From: Prevotella sp.
GTDB taxonomy: Bacteria > Bacteroidota > Bacteroidia > Bacteroidales > Bacteroidaceae
NCBI GenBank assembly: GCA_034183335.1
Contig: JAXFLJ010000015.1
Location: 3,300 to 67,299 of the forward strand
DNA: 64,000 bases
Direction of reading: 5' to 3'
The translations under genes and the position numbers were made by a program. Every line of letters starts with the position of its first letter. Within the stretch, counting starts at the first letter, position 1. Positions 28,731 through 40,200 of this stretch are shown one piece after another. The notes below the pieces were generated by a model. The model made no database searches and was not told the DNA's origin. It was given only the letters and a program-made list of their open reading frames with translations.

Positions 28731-29121
28731 GACAGTTTCCTTCTCTGCCTTTTCCGTCCCTCATAAAGAACAAAACAAGCAGCCGAAAGCAGGCAGGAAG
28801 CAATGCGAAGAGTCGGCAATGGAGCCTTGACGGTCTAATACCCGAAAAGCTACCAATGACCGGTACGACGTGTACCAAGCATTGGTACGAGCCGTACCAG
28901 GCGTTGGTACACACGGTACCAGTCACTGGTACGATGACTGGCAGTGAAGGCTTATCGCACAGAAGGGCATCTGACACGGCACAATTTGCCTGAAAATAAC
29001 GGCGGTAAGATGCCGGCAGGCAACCGAAAGCAGGCAAAATGCTGACAAATGAATGAAAGCAGTCGGTAAGCAACACCATCAGCGAGGAATATGGCATTGT
29101 CGGTCTAATGACCGATTTGGG
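28731..29121 (+). mobile_element. composite: family-1 right part plus HA module plus family-1 right part
   Basis: ...GCAGGAAGCAATGCGAAG...GACGGTCTAATA precedes the array. ...GCAGTCGGTAAGCAAC...GTCGGTCTAATGACCGATTTGGG ends the composite. Confidence 0.65.
28850..28932 (+). repeat. hairpin-array module HA3
   Basis: Hairpins at 28850-28866 (weak), 28872-28888 (GTACCA-agcat-TGGTAC), 28894-28910 (GTACCA-ggcgt-TGGTAC) and 28916-28932 (GTACCA-gtcac-TGGTAC). Confidence 0.85.
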
Positions 29122-29174
29122 TTAAATAGCCCAAAATAAAAAGGAAAGGAGTGGTGTAATATAGAGAAAAGTGT

Positions 29175-29182
29175 TACCTTTG
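29175..29182 (+). promoter_or_regulatory. -7 box TAccTTTG upstream of ftsX
   Basis: 35 nt before the ATG at 29217. Confidence 0.55.
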
Positions 29183-29216
29183 TAGCCAAATTTGGTGTAT
29201 TATATCCATAAGTGAA

Positions 29217-30095
29217 ATGGCAAGAAAACGCAAGAAAAGCCGTAAAAGAATAGGATTGCAGGGGGTAACCCTGAGTATCAGCACCGCATTGGTACTCATA
29301 TTACTGGGGCTGGTGGTGCTTACAGCATTTACTGCACGCAATCTTTCGGCACAGGTTAAGGAGAACTTTACGGTCACTCTGTTGCTCGATGACGACATGA
29401 CCGCTACAGAAGCCAAGAGTTTTTGCGGACGACTCAAAAGCCGTCCTTATGTTCATGCACTGCAATACATCAGCAAAGAACAACAGCTTGCCGAAGGTGC
29501 AAAAGCCATCGGAACCAATCCGAAAGACTTTGTTGGCTATAACTTCTATCCGCCGGCTGTCGAACTGCAACTCAAAAGCGATTATGCCAACTCGGATTCG
29601 CTCAAGTGGATTACGGCAGAACTTGGTAAAAAGACCGAGGTTTCGGAAATAGAGTTCCCGCAAGACCTGATAGACAACGTCAACAAGACACTTCAGACGG
29701 TAATCATTGTTTTCCTTGTGCTGGCCGGTTTGCTTACGTTCATCTCCTTTTCGCTCATCAACAATACCGTGCGACTGGCTGTTTACTCGCAACGTTTCAA
29801 CATTCACACGATGAAATTGGTGGGTGCTTCATGGGGATTTATCCGCAAACCGTTTATGAAAAAGGTTGTGGGCTACGGATTGCTGGCCGGTTTTATGGCT
29901 GTGTTGGCTCTCGGAGCAGGCCTTTACCTCTTTTCACTGCAAGAGCCGAACATGATGCTTGTCATAACGCCGGAGGTCATGGCGATTACTGCCGGTGTAG
30001 TCATCGTCTTTGGCGTATTGATTACCTTGCTCTGCGTATGGCTTTCCGTCAACAAATTCTTACGGATGAAGGCAGGCGAGTTGTACAAGATATAA
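29217..30095 (+). CDS. ftsX: cell division protein FtsX (permease-like)
   Basis: Basic N-terminus, then TM1, a periplasmic loop and three C-terminal TM helices. Typical FtsX size and context (ftsX-DUF3098-uppP). Confidence 0.8.
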   Translation: MARKRKKSRKRIGLQGVTLSISTALVLILLGLVVLTAFTARNLSAQVKENFTVTLLLDDDMTATEAKSFCGRLKSRPYVHALQYISKEQQLAEGAKAIGTNPKDFVGYNFYPPAVELQLKSDYANSDSLKWITAELGKKTEVSEIEFPQDLIDNVNKTLQTVIIVFLVLAGLLTFISFSLINNTVRLAVYSQRFNIHTMKLVGASWGFIRKPFMKKVVGYGLLAGFMAVLALGAGLYLFSLQEPNMMLVITPEVMAITAGVVIVFGVLITLLCVWLSVNKFLRMKAGELYKI

Positions 30096-30135
30096 TCAAG
30101 AAATCAACTATTATCATTATAACAAAAAATACGGT

Positions 30136-30381
30136 ATGGACAAGAGAAATTATGCTTTTGGACGCATAAACTTCATTTGGTTGTTGGGAAGCGTGCTGCT
30201 TATCGTCATCGGTTTCATTCTGATGGGAGGCAAGGGCACGACAGAAGAAGCTTTCAATCCTGACATTTTCAGTGCAACACGCATCAAAATAGCCCCTGCC
30301 CTGTGCTTTATTGGCTTTGTCTCAACGATATTTGCCATCATGAAGAAACCTAAAACAGACAAGGGAGAAATATCGGAATGA
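30136..30381 (+). CDS. small two-TM membrane protein (DUF3098-like)
   Basis: 81 aa with two hydrophobic helices, in the conserved position after ftsX in Bacteroidota. Its stop overlaps the uppP start (ATGA). Confidence 0.55.
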   Translation: MDKRNYAFGRINFIWLLGSVLLIVIGFILMGGKGTTEEAFNPDIFSATRIKIAPALCFIGFVSTIFAIMKKPKTDKGEISE

Positions 30382-31181
30382 GCGAGTTTGAGGCGTTGAT
30401 ATTAGGGCTCTTGCAAGGTTTTACCGAGTATTTGCCCGTTAGCAGCAGCGGACACCTGGCCATTGGTGGTGCACTTTTTGGCGTACATGGAGAGGATAAT
30501 CTGTCTTTTACCATCGCTGTACACGTTGCGACGGTTTTCAGTACACTTGTTATCTTGTGGAAAGAGATTAATTGGCTGTTCAAGGGATTGATGAAAGGCC
30601 GTATGAACGATGAGACACGATATGCTGCCAACATTCTCGTGTCTATGATTCCTATCGGAATCGTGGGCGTGTTCTTCAAAGACTGGGTAGAGGAAGTATT
30701 CGGTTCGGGACTTCTGATTGTGGGACTGATGCTGTTGCTCACGGCAACCCTGCTTACCTTTTCTTATTACGCAAAACCCAGACAGAAAGAAACCATCTCT
30801 CTGCGAGATGCTTTTATCATCGGAGTATCGCAGGCTTGCGCCGTAATGCCTGGCCTGTCGCGTTCCGGAACGACTATTGCCACGGGATTGTTGCTGGGCA
30901 ACAACAAGGCAAAACTTGCCCAGTTCTCTTTTCTGATGGTGATACCTCCCATCCTCGGAGAGGCTGTCCTCAGCACGATTAAGGCTATCAAGGGAGGTGC
31001 CTCGGCAGCCATCGGCGATATTTCGGTGTCTGCGTTGATTGTAGGTTTTGCCGCGGCGTTCATTGCCGGTTGTATAGCCTGCAAGTGGATGATTAACATC
31101 GTGAAAGCCGGCAAGCTGATATACTTTGCCATCTACTGTGCCATCGTAGGGTCGATAACGGTGGCGTGTACCTTATTATAA
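30378..31181 (+). CDS. uppP: undecaprenyl-diphosphate phosphatase
   Basis: BacA/UppP motifs: [16 protein letters not shown] and [10 protein letters not shown]. Confidence 0.9.
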   Translation: MSEFEALILGLLQGFTEYLPVSSSGHLAIGGALFGVHGEDNLSFTIAVHVATVFSTLVILWKEINWLFKGLMKGRMNDETRYAANILVSMIPIGIVGVFFKDWVEEVFGSGLLIVGLMLLLTATLLTFSYYAKPRQKETISLRDAFIIGVSQACAVMPGLSRSGTTIATGLLLGNNKAKLAQFSFLMVIPPILGEAVLSTIKAIKGGASAAIGDISVSALIVGFAAAFIAGCIACKWMINIVKAGKLIYFAIYCAIVGSITVACTLL

Positions 31182-31184
31182 TAT

Positions 31185-31907
31185 ATGCTCAATCTCCAGC
31201 AAGGAACGATTATCGGTATAGACAAACCGTATGGGATGACCAGTTTCGGTGCTTTGGCGCATATCCGCTACCTCCTGTCGAAACGGATAGGTGTGAAGCG
31301 AGTGAAGGTTGGTCATGCCGGAACGCTTGATCCTCTGGCTACCGGCGTGCTGATACTGTGCACCGGTAAGGCAACCAAGCGCATAGACGAGCTGCAAAGG
31401 CATACCAAAGAATATGAGGCGACACTGCAACTGGGCGCAACAACGCCGAGTTATGACATGGAACATGAGGTAGACGCCACTTATCCGACAGCCCACATCA
31501 CCCGCGAAGCAATCGAAGCGGTCTTGAAAGGTTTTGTGGGTGACATTCAGCAGACACCGCCTGCCTACTCAGCCTGCAAGGTTGACGGCAAAAGGGCTTA
31601 CGACCTGAAGCGCAAAGGCAAGGAAGTGGAACTGCAAGCCAAGACCATACGCATTGATGAAATTGAACTTTTGCGGTTCGACGAAATGACAATGAAGGCA
31701 GACATACGTGTGGTTTGTGGCAAGGGAACTTATATTCGGGCACTCGCCCGCGACGTGGGTGAAGCCCTTGCAAGCGGTGCATACCTTACGGCTTTGCGCC
31801 GGACAAGGGTGGGAGAAGTAGAGGTCGCAGACTGTATTGCCATCGATGACTTTCCCGCATGGCTTGAACAACAAGAAATAGAACCGTGGAACGGACACAA
31901 CTCATAA
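31185..31907 (+). CDS. truB: tRNA pseudouridine(55) synthase
   Basis: Catalytic-Asp motif [14 protein letters not shown] and a typical TruB length. Confidence 0.9.
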   Translation: MLNLQQGTIIGIDKPYGMTSFGALAHIRYLLSKRIGVKRVKVGHAGTLDPLATGVLILCTGKATKRIDELQRHTKEYEATLQLGATTPSYDMEHEVDATYPTAHITREAIEAVLKGFVGDIQQTPPAYSACKVDGKRAYDLKRKGKEVELQAKTIRIDEIELLRFDEMTMKADIRVVCGKGTYIRALARDVGEALASGAYLTALRRTRVGEVEVADCIAIDDFPAWLEQQEIEPWNGHNS

Positions 31908-31917
31908 AGAGCTTAAC

Positions 31918-33036
31918 ATGAAACTATCACAATTCAAATTCAAACTCTCAGAAGAACAGGTTGCACTCAACCCTTCTTACTACCGTGACGAATGCAGATT
32001 GATGGTGATACACCGCAATTCTCAGAGAATAGAGATGTACAAAACCGATGAGAACGGCAAGCCGGTGGAAGATGAGAACGGCAACCCTGTGTTTCTCGAC
32101 TTTCGTAATGTGCTCGACTATTTTGATGAAGGCGACACATTTATATTCAACGATACAAAGGTGTTTCCTGCCCGCCTGTATGGAACGAAGGAAAAAACGG
32201 ACGCCAAGATAGAAGTATTTCTCTTGCGGGAGTTGAGCCAAGAGATGCGGCTGTGGGATGTTCTGGTTGAGCCGGCTCGTAAAATACGTATCGGCAACAA
32301 GCTCTTTTTCGATAAAAGTGGCTCTATGGTGGCCGAAGTTATTGACAATACGACCAGCCGCGGACGCACGCTGCGCTTTCTCTATGACTGTCCGCATGAT
32401 GAATTTAAGCGTGAACTGTATGCCTTGGGCGAAGCTCCGCTGCCGCGATATATCATAGACCGCCGTCCGGCGACAGCCGAAGACCATGAGGACTTCCAGT
32501 GTATCTTCGCCAAGAACGAAGGAGCCGTGACGGCACCGGCATCTGGCCTGCATTTCAGTCGCGAACTGATGAAGCGCATGGAGATAAAGGGTATTAACTT
32601 TTCGTTCATTACCTTGCACTGCGGATTGGGCAATTTCCACAACATCGAGGTGGAAGACCTGACTAAACACAAGATGGATTCGGAGCAAATGTTCATCAAC
32701 AAGGAAGCATGCGACATCGTCAACGAAAGTAAAAGGGCAGGAAAGCATGTCTGTGCGGTAGGAACGAGCGTGGTGAAGGCCACGGAGACGGCCGTGGGGA
32801 CGGACGGAATGTTGAAGGAATATGACGGATGGACGAATAAGTTTATCTTTCCTCCATACGATTTTGGTCTCTCCAACTCCATGATAGCCAACTTCTATCA
32901 TCCCTATTCTCCGTTACTCATGTCTACGGCGGCTTTCGGAGGGTACGAACTCGTGATGGAGGCATATAACATGGCGGTAACTCATGGCTACCGTTTTGGC
33001 TGCTATGGTGACGCATTACTGATTGTAAATGACTGA
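31918..33036 (+). CDS. queA: S-adenosylmethionine:tRNA ribosyltransferase-isomerase
   Basis: [19 protein letters not shown] start and conserved blocks ([31 protein letters not shown]-like). Confidence 0.9.
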   Translation: MKLSQFKFKLSEEQVALNPSYYRDECRLMVIHRNSQRIEMYKTDENGKPVEDENGNPVFLDFRNVLDYFDEGDTFIFNDTKVFPARLYGTKEKTDAKIEVFLLRELSQEMRLWDVLVEPARKIRIGNKLFFDKSGSMVAEVIDNTTSRGRTLRFLYDCPHDEFKRELYALGEAPLPRYIIDRRPATAEDHEDFQCIFAKNEGAVTAPASGLHFSRELMKRMEIKGINFSFITLHCGLGNFHNIEVEDLTKHKMDSEQMFINKEACDIVNESKRAGKHVCAVGTSVVKATETAVGTDGMLKEYDGWTNKFIFPPYDFGLSNSMIANFYHPYSPLLMSTAAFGGYELVMEAYNMAVTHGYRFGCYGDALLIVND

Positions 33037-33469
33037 GCATAGCGTTTACTTGGGACTCGGCACTAATCTTGGTGACAAGGAAGATAATCTCCGTCGGGCT
33101 GTGGAACATATTGATAAGCTGATTGGCAAGGTATTGCGCCAGTCGGCTTATTTCACTTCGCAGCCGTGGGGCTTCGTCTCTGACAATGCGTTTGTCAATG
33201 CGGCCGTATGTTGCCGGACGGTTCTTTCGCCGCAGGAAGTGCTTTGCCGCACGCAACAGATTGAGCAGATGATGGGGCGGAAGCATAAGTCTGTTGACGG
33301 CATTTACCACGACCGCATCATCGACATCGACATCCTCTTGTATGACGAGTTGCAAATAGACGATCCAAACCTCACCATTCCGCATCCGCTGATGCACGAA
33401 CGTGAATTTGTCATGGTGCCGTTGATGGAGGTGCTCGATAATGCCCGTCAACTTCTTCCTGTTTATTGA
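33029..33469 (+). CDS. folK: 2-amino-4-hydroxy-6-hydroxymethyldihydropteridine diphosphokinase
   Basis: [11 protein letters not shown] start, DIDILLYD and [16 protein letters not shown] motifs. It overlaps the queA end by 8 nt. Confidence 0.9.
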   Translation: MTEHSVYLGLGTNLGDKEDNLRRAVEHIDKLIGKVLRQSAYFTSQPWGFVSDNAFVNAAVCCRTVLSPQEVLCRTQQIEQMMGRKHKSVDGIYHDRIIDIDILLYDELQIDDPNLTIPHPLMHEREFVMVPLMEVLDNARQLLPVY

Positions 33470-33513
33470 TATTCCGTTTTACTCCCTTGCCGATTTGTCT
33501 CAGCTGCATTTTA

Positions 33514-33548
33514 TCCCAAATCGGTCATGAGAGGCTGGACTGATTTTA
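33514..33548 (+). repeat. solo family-1 left-terminus fragment
   Basis: TCCCAAATCGGTCATGAGAGGCTGGACTGATTTT matches the left end of copies A and B. The rest of the element is absent. Confidence 0.5.
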
Positions 33549-33591
33549 GGTTTATGGCTTAGACAAGACGGTCTTGCATGATATAAGAAAG

Positions 33592-33632
33592 GCGGTCTCA
33601 TGGTTAGAGAACCATGAGACCGCAATTATTTT
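33592..33632. terminator. bidirectional terminator between folK and the lipoprotein gene
   Basis: Perfect 14-bp stem GCGGTCTCATGGTT-agag-AACCATGAGACCGC with A/T-rich flanks. Confidence 0.7.
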
Positions 33633-33647
33633 CAGTCATTTCTCTTC

Positions 33648-35210
33648 TTAGTGAGAGGTACTTGACCTGAGATTGGTGTAAGACGAACTGCCTGTAGAGA
33701 AGCTCTTGGACAGAGTTCCGCCACTGTATGTTCCGGAAGTGTACAAACCATTGAAGTTTGTTCCGCCACTAACTGTTCCGCCAGTGTAGAGTTTGTATGA
33801 AGTGCTCTTGCTGAGGTTTGGCGTAGAAATGAGAATGTTGGCGTGGCTATAAGGTGCAAGGAAGGTGATGATTTCCTTGCTGTTTCCATCCTGAATGTTG
33901 ATAATTGTGTTCGCACTCCCGCTGCCCAGCAAGACAACCGGCTGTGTAGAGGCAGACGGAGAAGTAGGTTCAGCACCCGGGGTGAGTGCCACGACTACGC
34001 CACCAGATATATTAAAGGTGTTGTTGTCGCTGTCAAGACTCGTCTCTGGAGCTGCTGCTGTACTGATGGCAATCACCGTTCCGCCTGTAATATACATAGT
34101 GCCGTTGGAGTCTATGCCGTCATTGCCTGTCACGTAGGCGTAAATTTGACCGCCGTTGATATTGATAGAGCTTTCGGCATTGATGGCGTCGTCTGTCACT
34201 TTGATGGTCAGTGTACCGCCATTGATGTTTACAGAGCCATGATTTGACTCAATTCCTTCCACCTCGGCACTGGTGCTTGTAGAGGTAATGTTGATAGTTC
34301 CGCCGTTGATGATGGTACTGTAGGCATCCGTATTAGATTGTGAATCAGATACGTATTGGTTAGCCATACCCGCAGAGGCAGAAGTGTTGATGTTGATTGT
34401 TCCGTCGTTGACAATGAGATAGCCAGTGAGTACCGATACACCTTTGGAATAGTCTTCTGTCGGAGAAGAAGTAATGGAGAGTGCTCCACTGTCCATGACA
34501 AAGCGTGTGCCAGCCTGAATACCATCGTTTACAGCCGATGTGATGTTGATGGTGGCGTCTGTAATGCGCACGTTGGCTGCCGCCTGAATGGCATCGCTGT
34601 TCTTTCCGGCCACCGAAAGAGTACCCGAACCGGAGAAGAGTAGGCTTCCGCTGCTGATAAATGCTGCATCAGCAGAGCTTGAAGAATTGTCGGTCAGCGT
34701 GCTGGTTGTGCCGGAAGGCAGGTAGACGAAGGCATTGACAGCCGATGAAACGGTGATGGCAGCCCCGCTTGTATTGGTAATACTTGCGCCGTTGAGTGTC
34801 AGCATCAGGTCGTTGCTGCTGGTAATGTTGAGTGAACCGTTGGTTGTTGTACCCGTTACGACATAGTTTACGCCGCTGGCCGTTGACGTTATGGTCACTG
34901 CTCCGCCACTGGTTGAATAGGTTACGCCCGATACGCTGTTGGTAACTGTTGCCGAAGTTCCAGAGAAGGCAATAGTAACCGTGTTGGAGAACTTGCTTGA
35001 TGAGAGCATTTCATTTGCATCCGTGCCCTGGCTTGTAAGTCCTACCGTACTCGAAGATGTAGTAGATGGGAAGTTGATTGTTACCCCTGTAGTGGTGGTT
35101 CCATTCCCATTGTCGGTGTCATCTGTCGTGTCATCGCTTCCGCACGAAATAAAAATAGGCGCGAACAGACAAAGGCCTATCTGCGCAATCATTGTTTTTT
35201 TTACATTCAT
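33648..35210 (-). CDS. surface lipoprotein with a beta-helix carbohydrate-binding domain (Cthe_2159-like)
   Basis: Lipobox ...PIFISCGSDD. Thr/Ser/Gly-rich repeats of the ...INITS...DGI... type are typical of the PF14262 family. Start set at MNVKKTM (35210). Confidence 0.65.
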   Translation of the reverse strand: MNVKKTMIAQIGLCLFAPIFISCGSDDTTDDTDNGNGTTTTGVTINFPSTTSSSTVGLTSQGTDANEMLSSSKFSNTVTIAFSGTSATVTNSVSGVTYSTSGGAVTITSTASGVNYVVTGTTTNGSLNITSSNDLMLTLNGASITNTSGAAITVSSAVNAFVYLPSGTTSTLTDNSSSSADAAFISSGSLLFSGSGTLSVAGKNSDAIQAAANVRITDATINITSAVNDGIQAGTRFVMDSGALSITSSPTEDYSKGVSVLTGYLIVNDGTININTSASAGMANQYVSDSQSNTDAYSTIINGGTINITSTSTSAEVEGIESNHGSVNINGGTLTIKVTDDAINAESSININGGQIYAYVTGNDGIDSNGTMYITGGTVIAISTAAAPETSLDSDNNTFNISGGVVVALTPGAEPTSPSASTQPVVLLGSGSANTIINIQDGNSKEIITFLAPYSHANILISTPNLSKSTSYKLYTGGTVSGGTNFNGLYTSGTYSGGTLSKSFSTGSSSYTNLRSSTSH

Positions 35211-35400
35211 AAAAAATCTTTTAAGGATTAATACCGTGCCAAAGATAAGTAAATTATTTTGTATCAGGAAATTATTTTTTGAATTATTTTGTGTTGTATG
35301 TTGATGTGTTAGCATGCTTATGTAGGAATTTATCGCTTTGAAAGGTGTTTGAATGCTAAGAAAGGATGATGATAAGAAAGCCTTTGAAAAATAGGATTAT

Positions 35401-35815
35401 CCCCAATCGGTCATGAGGGGTTTGCTGATTTTGTTCGGATATCGAGCAGATCGTCTGTCGGTGTTGGATTAACCCAACATAATGCCCACACCAGCAAGTA
35501 CCCAAATTCGGGGAATTTGGCGAGGGATTCTTGACGGACAGACACAGGGTCTGTCCCTACATTTTCACAAATGGCTTACCGTATATAATGGCATTATTGT
35601 ATTGTTTTTCACGAATGGCTTACCGTTATATAATAGCATTATTGTGTTATTATTGCTGTCGTCGTCGTAGGGACAGACCCCTGTGTCTGTCCGTGACCAA
35701 AAGCGTAACGTGCTACGATGGGGAAAAACGGCGGAGAAGATGCCGACAAGCGGATGAAATCAGTCGGGATGCAAGCTCATTAGCGAAGAATGTAGCCTTA
35801 GCGGTCTAATGACCA
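35401..35815 (+). mobile_element. family-1 element carrying the M2 module
   Basis: Left terminus CCCCAATCGGTCATGAGGGG, right terminus TTAGCGGTCTAATGACCA. The M2 insertion is at the same internal position as in copy D. Confidence 0.75.
35536..35692 (+). repeat. M2 module with two 44-bp units
   Basis: Arms at 35536-35560 and 35667-35692 are identical to those at 4546-4746. The module is exactly 44 bp shorter than the copy-D module. Confidence 0.9.
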
Positions 35816-35906
35816 TACATTCTTCTCATGTAAATTAGGTTCTGTTTGTTTTCATAATAAACCTTAAATGTAGTCAGCTTTGAATGTAATATATGAATAA
35901 CTGTGT

Positions 35907-35914
35907 TATCTTTG
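35907..35914 (+). promoter_or_regulatory. -7 box TAtcTTTG upstream of the RND operon
   Basis: 71 nt before the ATG at 35985. Confidence 0.5.
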
Positions 35915-35984
35915 TTCACGAAAAAACTCATAAGTGAATTTGAGTTTCCCTAATTTCGTTTAATTATAATGACAATAAATAGGT

Positions 35985-37187
35985 ATGAAGAAAAACTTTA
36001 TCATGGCAACAGGCGTTTCGTTTGTTTTGCTGTTGGCCTCTTGTGGTGGAAAAGGAGGCATGAATTTCGGTGACAATGAGTTCCCCGTAAAGACCGTCGG
36101 AACATCTAATGCGGAAACCGAAACCTCTTATCCGGCCACAATCAAGGGTATTCAAGATGTGGAAATACGCCCGAAAGTATCAGGGTTTATCACGAAAGTG
36201 TGTGTAAAAGAAGGGCAGGCGGTGAGTGCCGGGCAGCTGTTGTTTGTGTTAGACAACGCTACCTATCAAGCACAGGTACGCCAAGCGCAGGCTGGTGTCA
36301 ACACAGCTCGTGCACAAGTGAATACAACTAAGCTGACTTATGAGAACAGCCAACAGTTGCATAAGAGCAATGTAATCGGTGCTTACGAATTGCAGACAGC
36401 CAAAAACTCGTATGAAGCGGCGCAAGCTGCTCTTGCGCAGGCACAGGCCGCTCTTGCGTCAGCACAAGATATGCTCAGCTTCTGCTATGTAAAGAGTCCG
36501 ACAAGTGGTGTCATCGGTAGCCTGCCTTATAAGGAAGGTGCCTTGGTGAGTGCGTCGATAGCCACTCCGTTGACCACTGTTTCCAACATAAATACCATGG
36601 AAGTGTATTTCTCTATTACAGAAAAAGAAGTATTGGAGATGACCAAGACGGCCGGAAGCATGGACAAAGCAATTGCCTTGTTTCCGGAAGTGAGGTTGCT
36701 GTTGGCTGATGGTACGCGCTTCAATCAACCCGGACATGTGACCAAAGTGAGCGGAGTTATCGACCCGGCCACAGGCTCTGTTTCGATGATTGCACGTTTC
36801 CCCAACCCCGAGCATTTGCTCAAGAGCGGTGCTTCAGGCTCAGTCATCGTGCCGCGCAGCAACAGCAGTGCCATCATGGTGGCTCAAAACTCTACCGTAG
36901 AGGTGCAAGATAAGGTCTTCGTTTATGTTCTCGGAAAAGGCAATAAGGTGAAATACACCGAGATAAAGGTCGCTCCACAGAACGACGGACTGAATTATAT
37001 CGTTACAGATGGTCTGAAAGCAGGTGACAAGATTGTGACCAACGGTTTGACAAAGCTCACCGATGGCATGGAAATCAAACCCATTACGCAGGCGCAATAT
37101 GACAAAAAGATACAAGATGCAGCCAAACTGGGAGAGAATCAAGGCAGTGCCAGCAGCTTCGTAGATGCAATGAAAGGCGATAAGTAA
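35985..37187 (+). CDS. efflux RND transporter periplasmic adaptor subunit
   Basis: Lipobox LLASCGG, alpha-hairpin coiled coil (AQVRQAQAGVNTARAQ...), and lipoyl and beta-barrel regions. It is first in a three-gene RND operon. Confidence 0.9.
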   Translation: MKKNFIMATGVSFVLLLASCGGKGGMNFGDNEFPVKTVGTSNAETETSYPATIKGIQDVEIRPKVSGFITKVCVKEGQAVSAGQLLFVLDNATYQAQVRQAQAGVNTARAQVNTTKLTYENSQQLHKSNVIGAYELQTAKNSYEAAQAALAQAQAALASAQDMLSFCYVKSPTSGVIGSLPYKEGALVSASIATPLTTVSNINTMEVYFSITEKEVLEMTKTAGSMDKAIALFPEVRLLLADGTRFNQPGHVTKVSGVIDPATGSVSMIARFPNPEHLLKSGASGSVIVPRSNSSAIMVAQNSTVEVQDKVFVYVLGKGNKVKYTEIKVAPQNDGLNYIVTDGLKAGDKIVTNGLTKLTDGMEIKPITQAQYDKKIQDAAKLGENQGSASSFVDAMKGDK

Positions 37188-37284
37188 GTGAAAATATAAT
37201 CCTGCCCGTTTATCTTGTCTTCTGTATGTCACAATGAAGGACAAGGAGAAAGGGCAGCAAAAAAATGATATAACAACAACAATC

Positions 37285-40200
37285 ATGACATTTACCAATT
37301 TCATAAAGCGGCCGGTATTGTCGACCGTAATATCCGTTTTGATAGTGATTTTGGGCGTCATCGGGCTTGTCTCGCTCCCCGTCGAGCAGTATCCCGACAT
37401 TGCTCCGCCCACTATCTCGGTGCAAACCATGTATGCCGGTGCCGATGCACAAACGGTTAAAAACTCCGTCTTAGCCCCGTTGGAGGAAAGTATCAACGGT
37501 GTTGAGGGCATGACCTATATTCAGTCGCAGTCTACCAATGCGGGTATGGCGCAGATAACCGTGTACTTCAAGCAGGGAACAGACCCCGACATGGCTGCTG
37601 TCAATGTCCAAAACCGTGTGACACAGGCACAAAGTCAGTTGCCGGCAGAAGTTACCAAGGTGGGTGTGACAGTGTCGAAACGCCAGTCTTCGCAAGTAAT
37701 TATGTACTCTATCACGTCTGAAGACGGACGCTATGACGACCAGTTCCTGACTAACTATGCCGCCATCAACATCATTCCGGCATTGAAGCGTGTGCAAGGT
37801 GTGGGCGATGTAAATACGTTCAGCACCATGACATACACCATGAGAATATGGTTGAAGCCTGAAGTGATGAAGCAGTACGGTCTAATGCCTTCTGATATAA
37901 CGGCTGTTTTGGCCGAACAAAATATTGAGGCGGCACCCGGCTCATTCGGAGAGCAGTCTAATGTGGCTTACGAATACGCCATGCGTTACAAGGGAAGACT
38001 GAAAACTGCGGAGGAATTTGGCAATATCATCATATCAAGCGGACAAGATGGACAAACGCTGAAACTCAAAGACGTGGCCAAGATAGAACTCGGCGGACAG
38101 TCATATGCAGTGGCCATGCGCAACAACAACGTGCCTTCGGTCATGGGTATGGTGCAGCAGGTGGCTGGTTCCAATGCCAATCAGATTGCCATTGAATCCA
38201 AAAAAGTGCTTGAAGATGCAGCCAAGAGCTTCCCTCCGGGCATGATATATAAAATTGATTATGATGTAACAGAGTTTCTCCATGCATCTATCGAGGAGGT
38301 AATCTTCACGCTCGTCATCACGTTGTTGCTGGTATTCTTCGTGGTTTACCTTTTCTTGCAGGATTTCCGTTCGACGCTCATCCCAATGATTGCCGTCCCG
38401 GTATCGCTCATCGGTACGTTCTTCTTCCTGAATGTTCTTGGTTTCACTATTAACTTGCTGACACTTTCGGCCTTGTTGCTGGCCATTGCCATTGTGGTAG
38501 ACGATGCCATCGTGGTTGTCGAAGCCGTTCATGCCAAGCTCGATTTAGGATATAAGAGTGCAATGAGGGCAAGTATAGATGCCATGAATGAGATTTCGGG
38601 CGCGATTATTTCCATTACGCTCGTCATGGCATCAGTGTTTGTTCCCGTATCGTTCCTCGGTGGTACGTCTGGAACGTTCTATCGTGAGTTCGGTGTTACA
38701 ATGGCCATCTCCATTTTCATATCTGCGCTTAACGCTTTGACGCTTTCTCCCGCTCTTTGTGCTATTTTCCTGAAACCCAAAGATGAAGAAGGCAAGGAAC
38801 GAAAGATGAGCCGTCTTGACAGATTTCATACCTCGTTCAATACGGCCTTTGACAAAACGATAGAGAGATATAAAGGTGGTGTAAGGAGGTTTATCAACAA
38901 ACCCATCCTGACGGGTATTACCGTAATCGTGGGTATTGCTGTTTTGGTGGTTACCATGAAGACGACTCGTACCGGATTGGTGCCTGATGAGGATACTGGA
39001 GTTATTTTTTGTATGGTCTCCATGCCTCCGGCTACAAGTGCCGAACGAACACAGAAGGTCATCAATCAGGTGGATTCGATGCTGGCAAGCAACCCTGCAA
39101 TTCAGTCAAGGTCGCAAGTCAAAGGCTATAACTTCATTGCCGGACAAGGTTCAGACCAAGCCACGTTTATTATCAGGCTCAAACCGTTCTCCGAAAGACC
39201 AAACGGCTTCTTCCATAAGCTCGCTGGTTTGTGGGAAGGTGACGGCATTATGCGCTTCTTTGTTGACCCAAGAGCCAACACGTCGGTACTCGGCATGATA
39301 TACAAGCAGACGGCTGAGATTAAGGATGCTCAAATTATCGCTTTCCCTCCGCCAATGATTATGGGTTATTCGCTCACCAACGCCATCTCGTTCTCGATGG
39401 AAGACCGTACCGGTGGCGACATCAATAAGTTCTATAACATAACACAAGACTTCTTGAAGAAACTCAACGAACGGCCTGAAATTCAAACGGCACAAACATC
39501 ATGGAACCCCAATTATCCCCAATATATGGTCGATGTGGATGTAGCCAAGTGTAAGCAGTCGGGCATTTCTCCCTCTGTGGTTTTGGCAACGTTGCAAGGC
39601 TATTATGGAGGATTGTATGTTTCAAACTTCAATGCATACGATAAGTTGTATCGTGTGATGATACAGGCCGATGCAGAGAGCCGTATGTCGCCCGACGGAT
39701 TGAAGAATATCTATGTGCGAACATCGAGCGGCATGTCGCCAATCAACGAGTATTGTTCGCTGAAACGTGTTTACGGGCCTTCCAATATCAACCGTTTCAA
39801 CCTCTTTACAAGTATTGCCGTCAATGCAAGTCCTGCCGACGGATACTCATCGGGTGAGGTTATGAAGGCCATCGAAGAAACGGCTGCCGAGTCATTGCCG
39901 ACTGGTTATACCTACGAATACTCCGGCTTGACCCGTTCCGAGGCCGAATCAAGCAACGCTACGGCATTGATTTTCGTTCTGTGTATATTGTTTATCTACC
40001 TGATATTGAGTGCTCAGTATGAAAGCTACCTCCTTCCGTTCTCTGTTATCTTATCGGTTCCGTTCGGTTTGGCAGGTGCCTTCCTCTTTACGCAGCTTTT
40101 CGGGCATCAGAACGACATCTACATGCAGATTTCTCTCATCATGTTGATTGGTCTGTTGGCTAAGAATGCCATTCTGATAGTTCAGTTTGCATTGGAGAGA

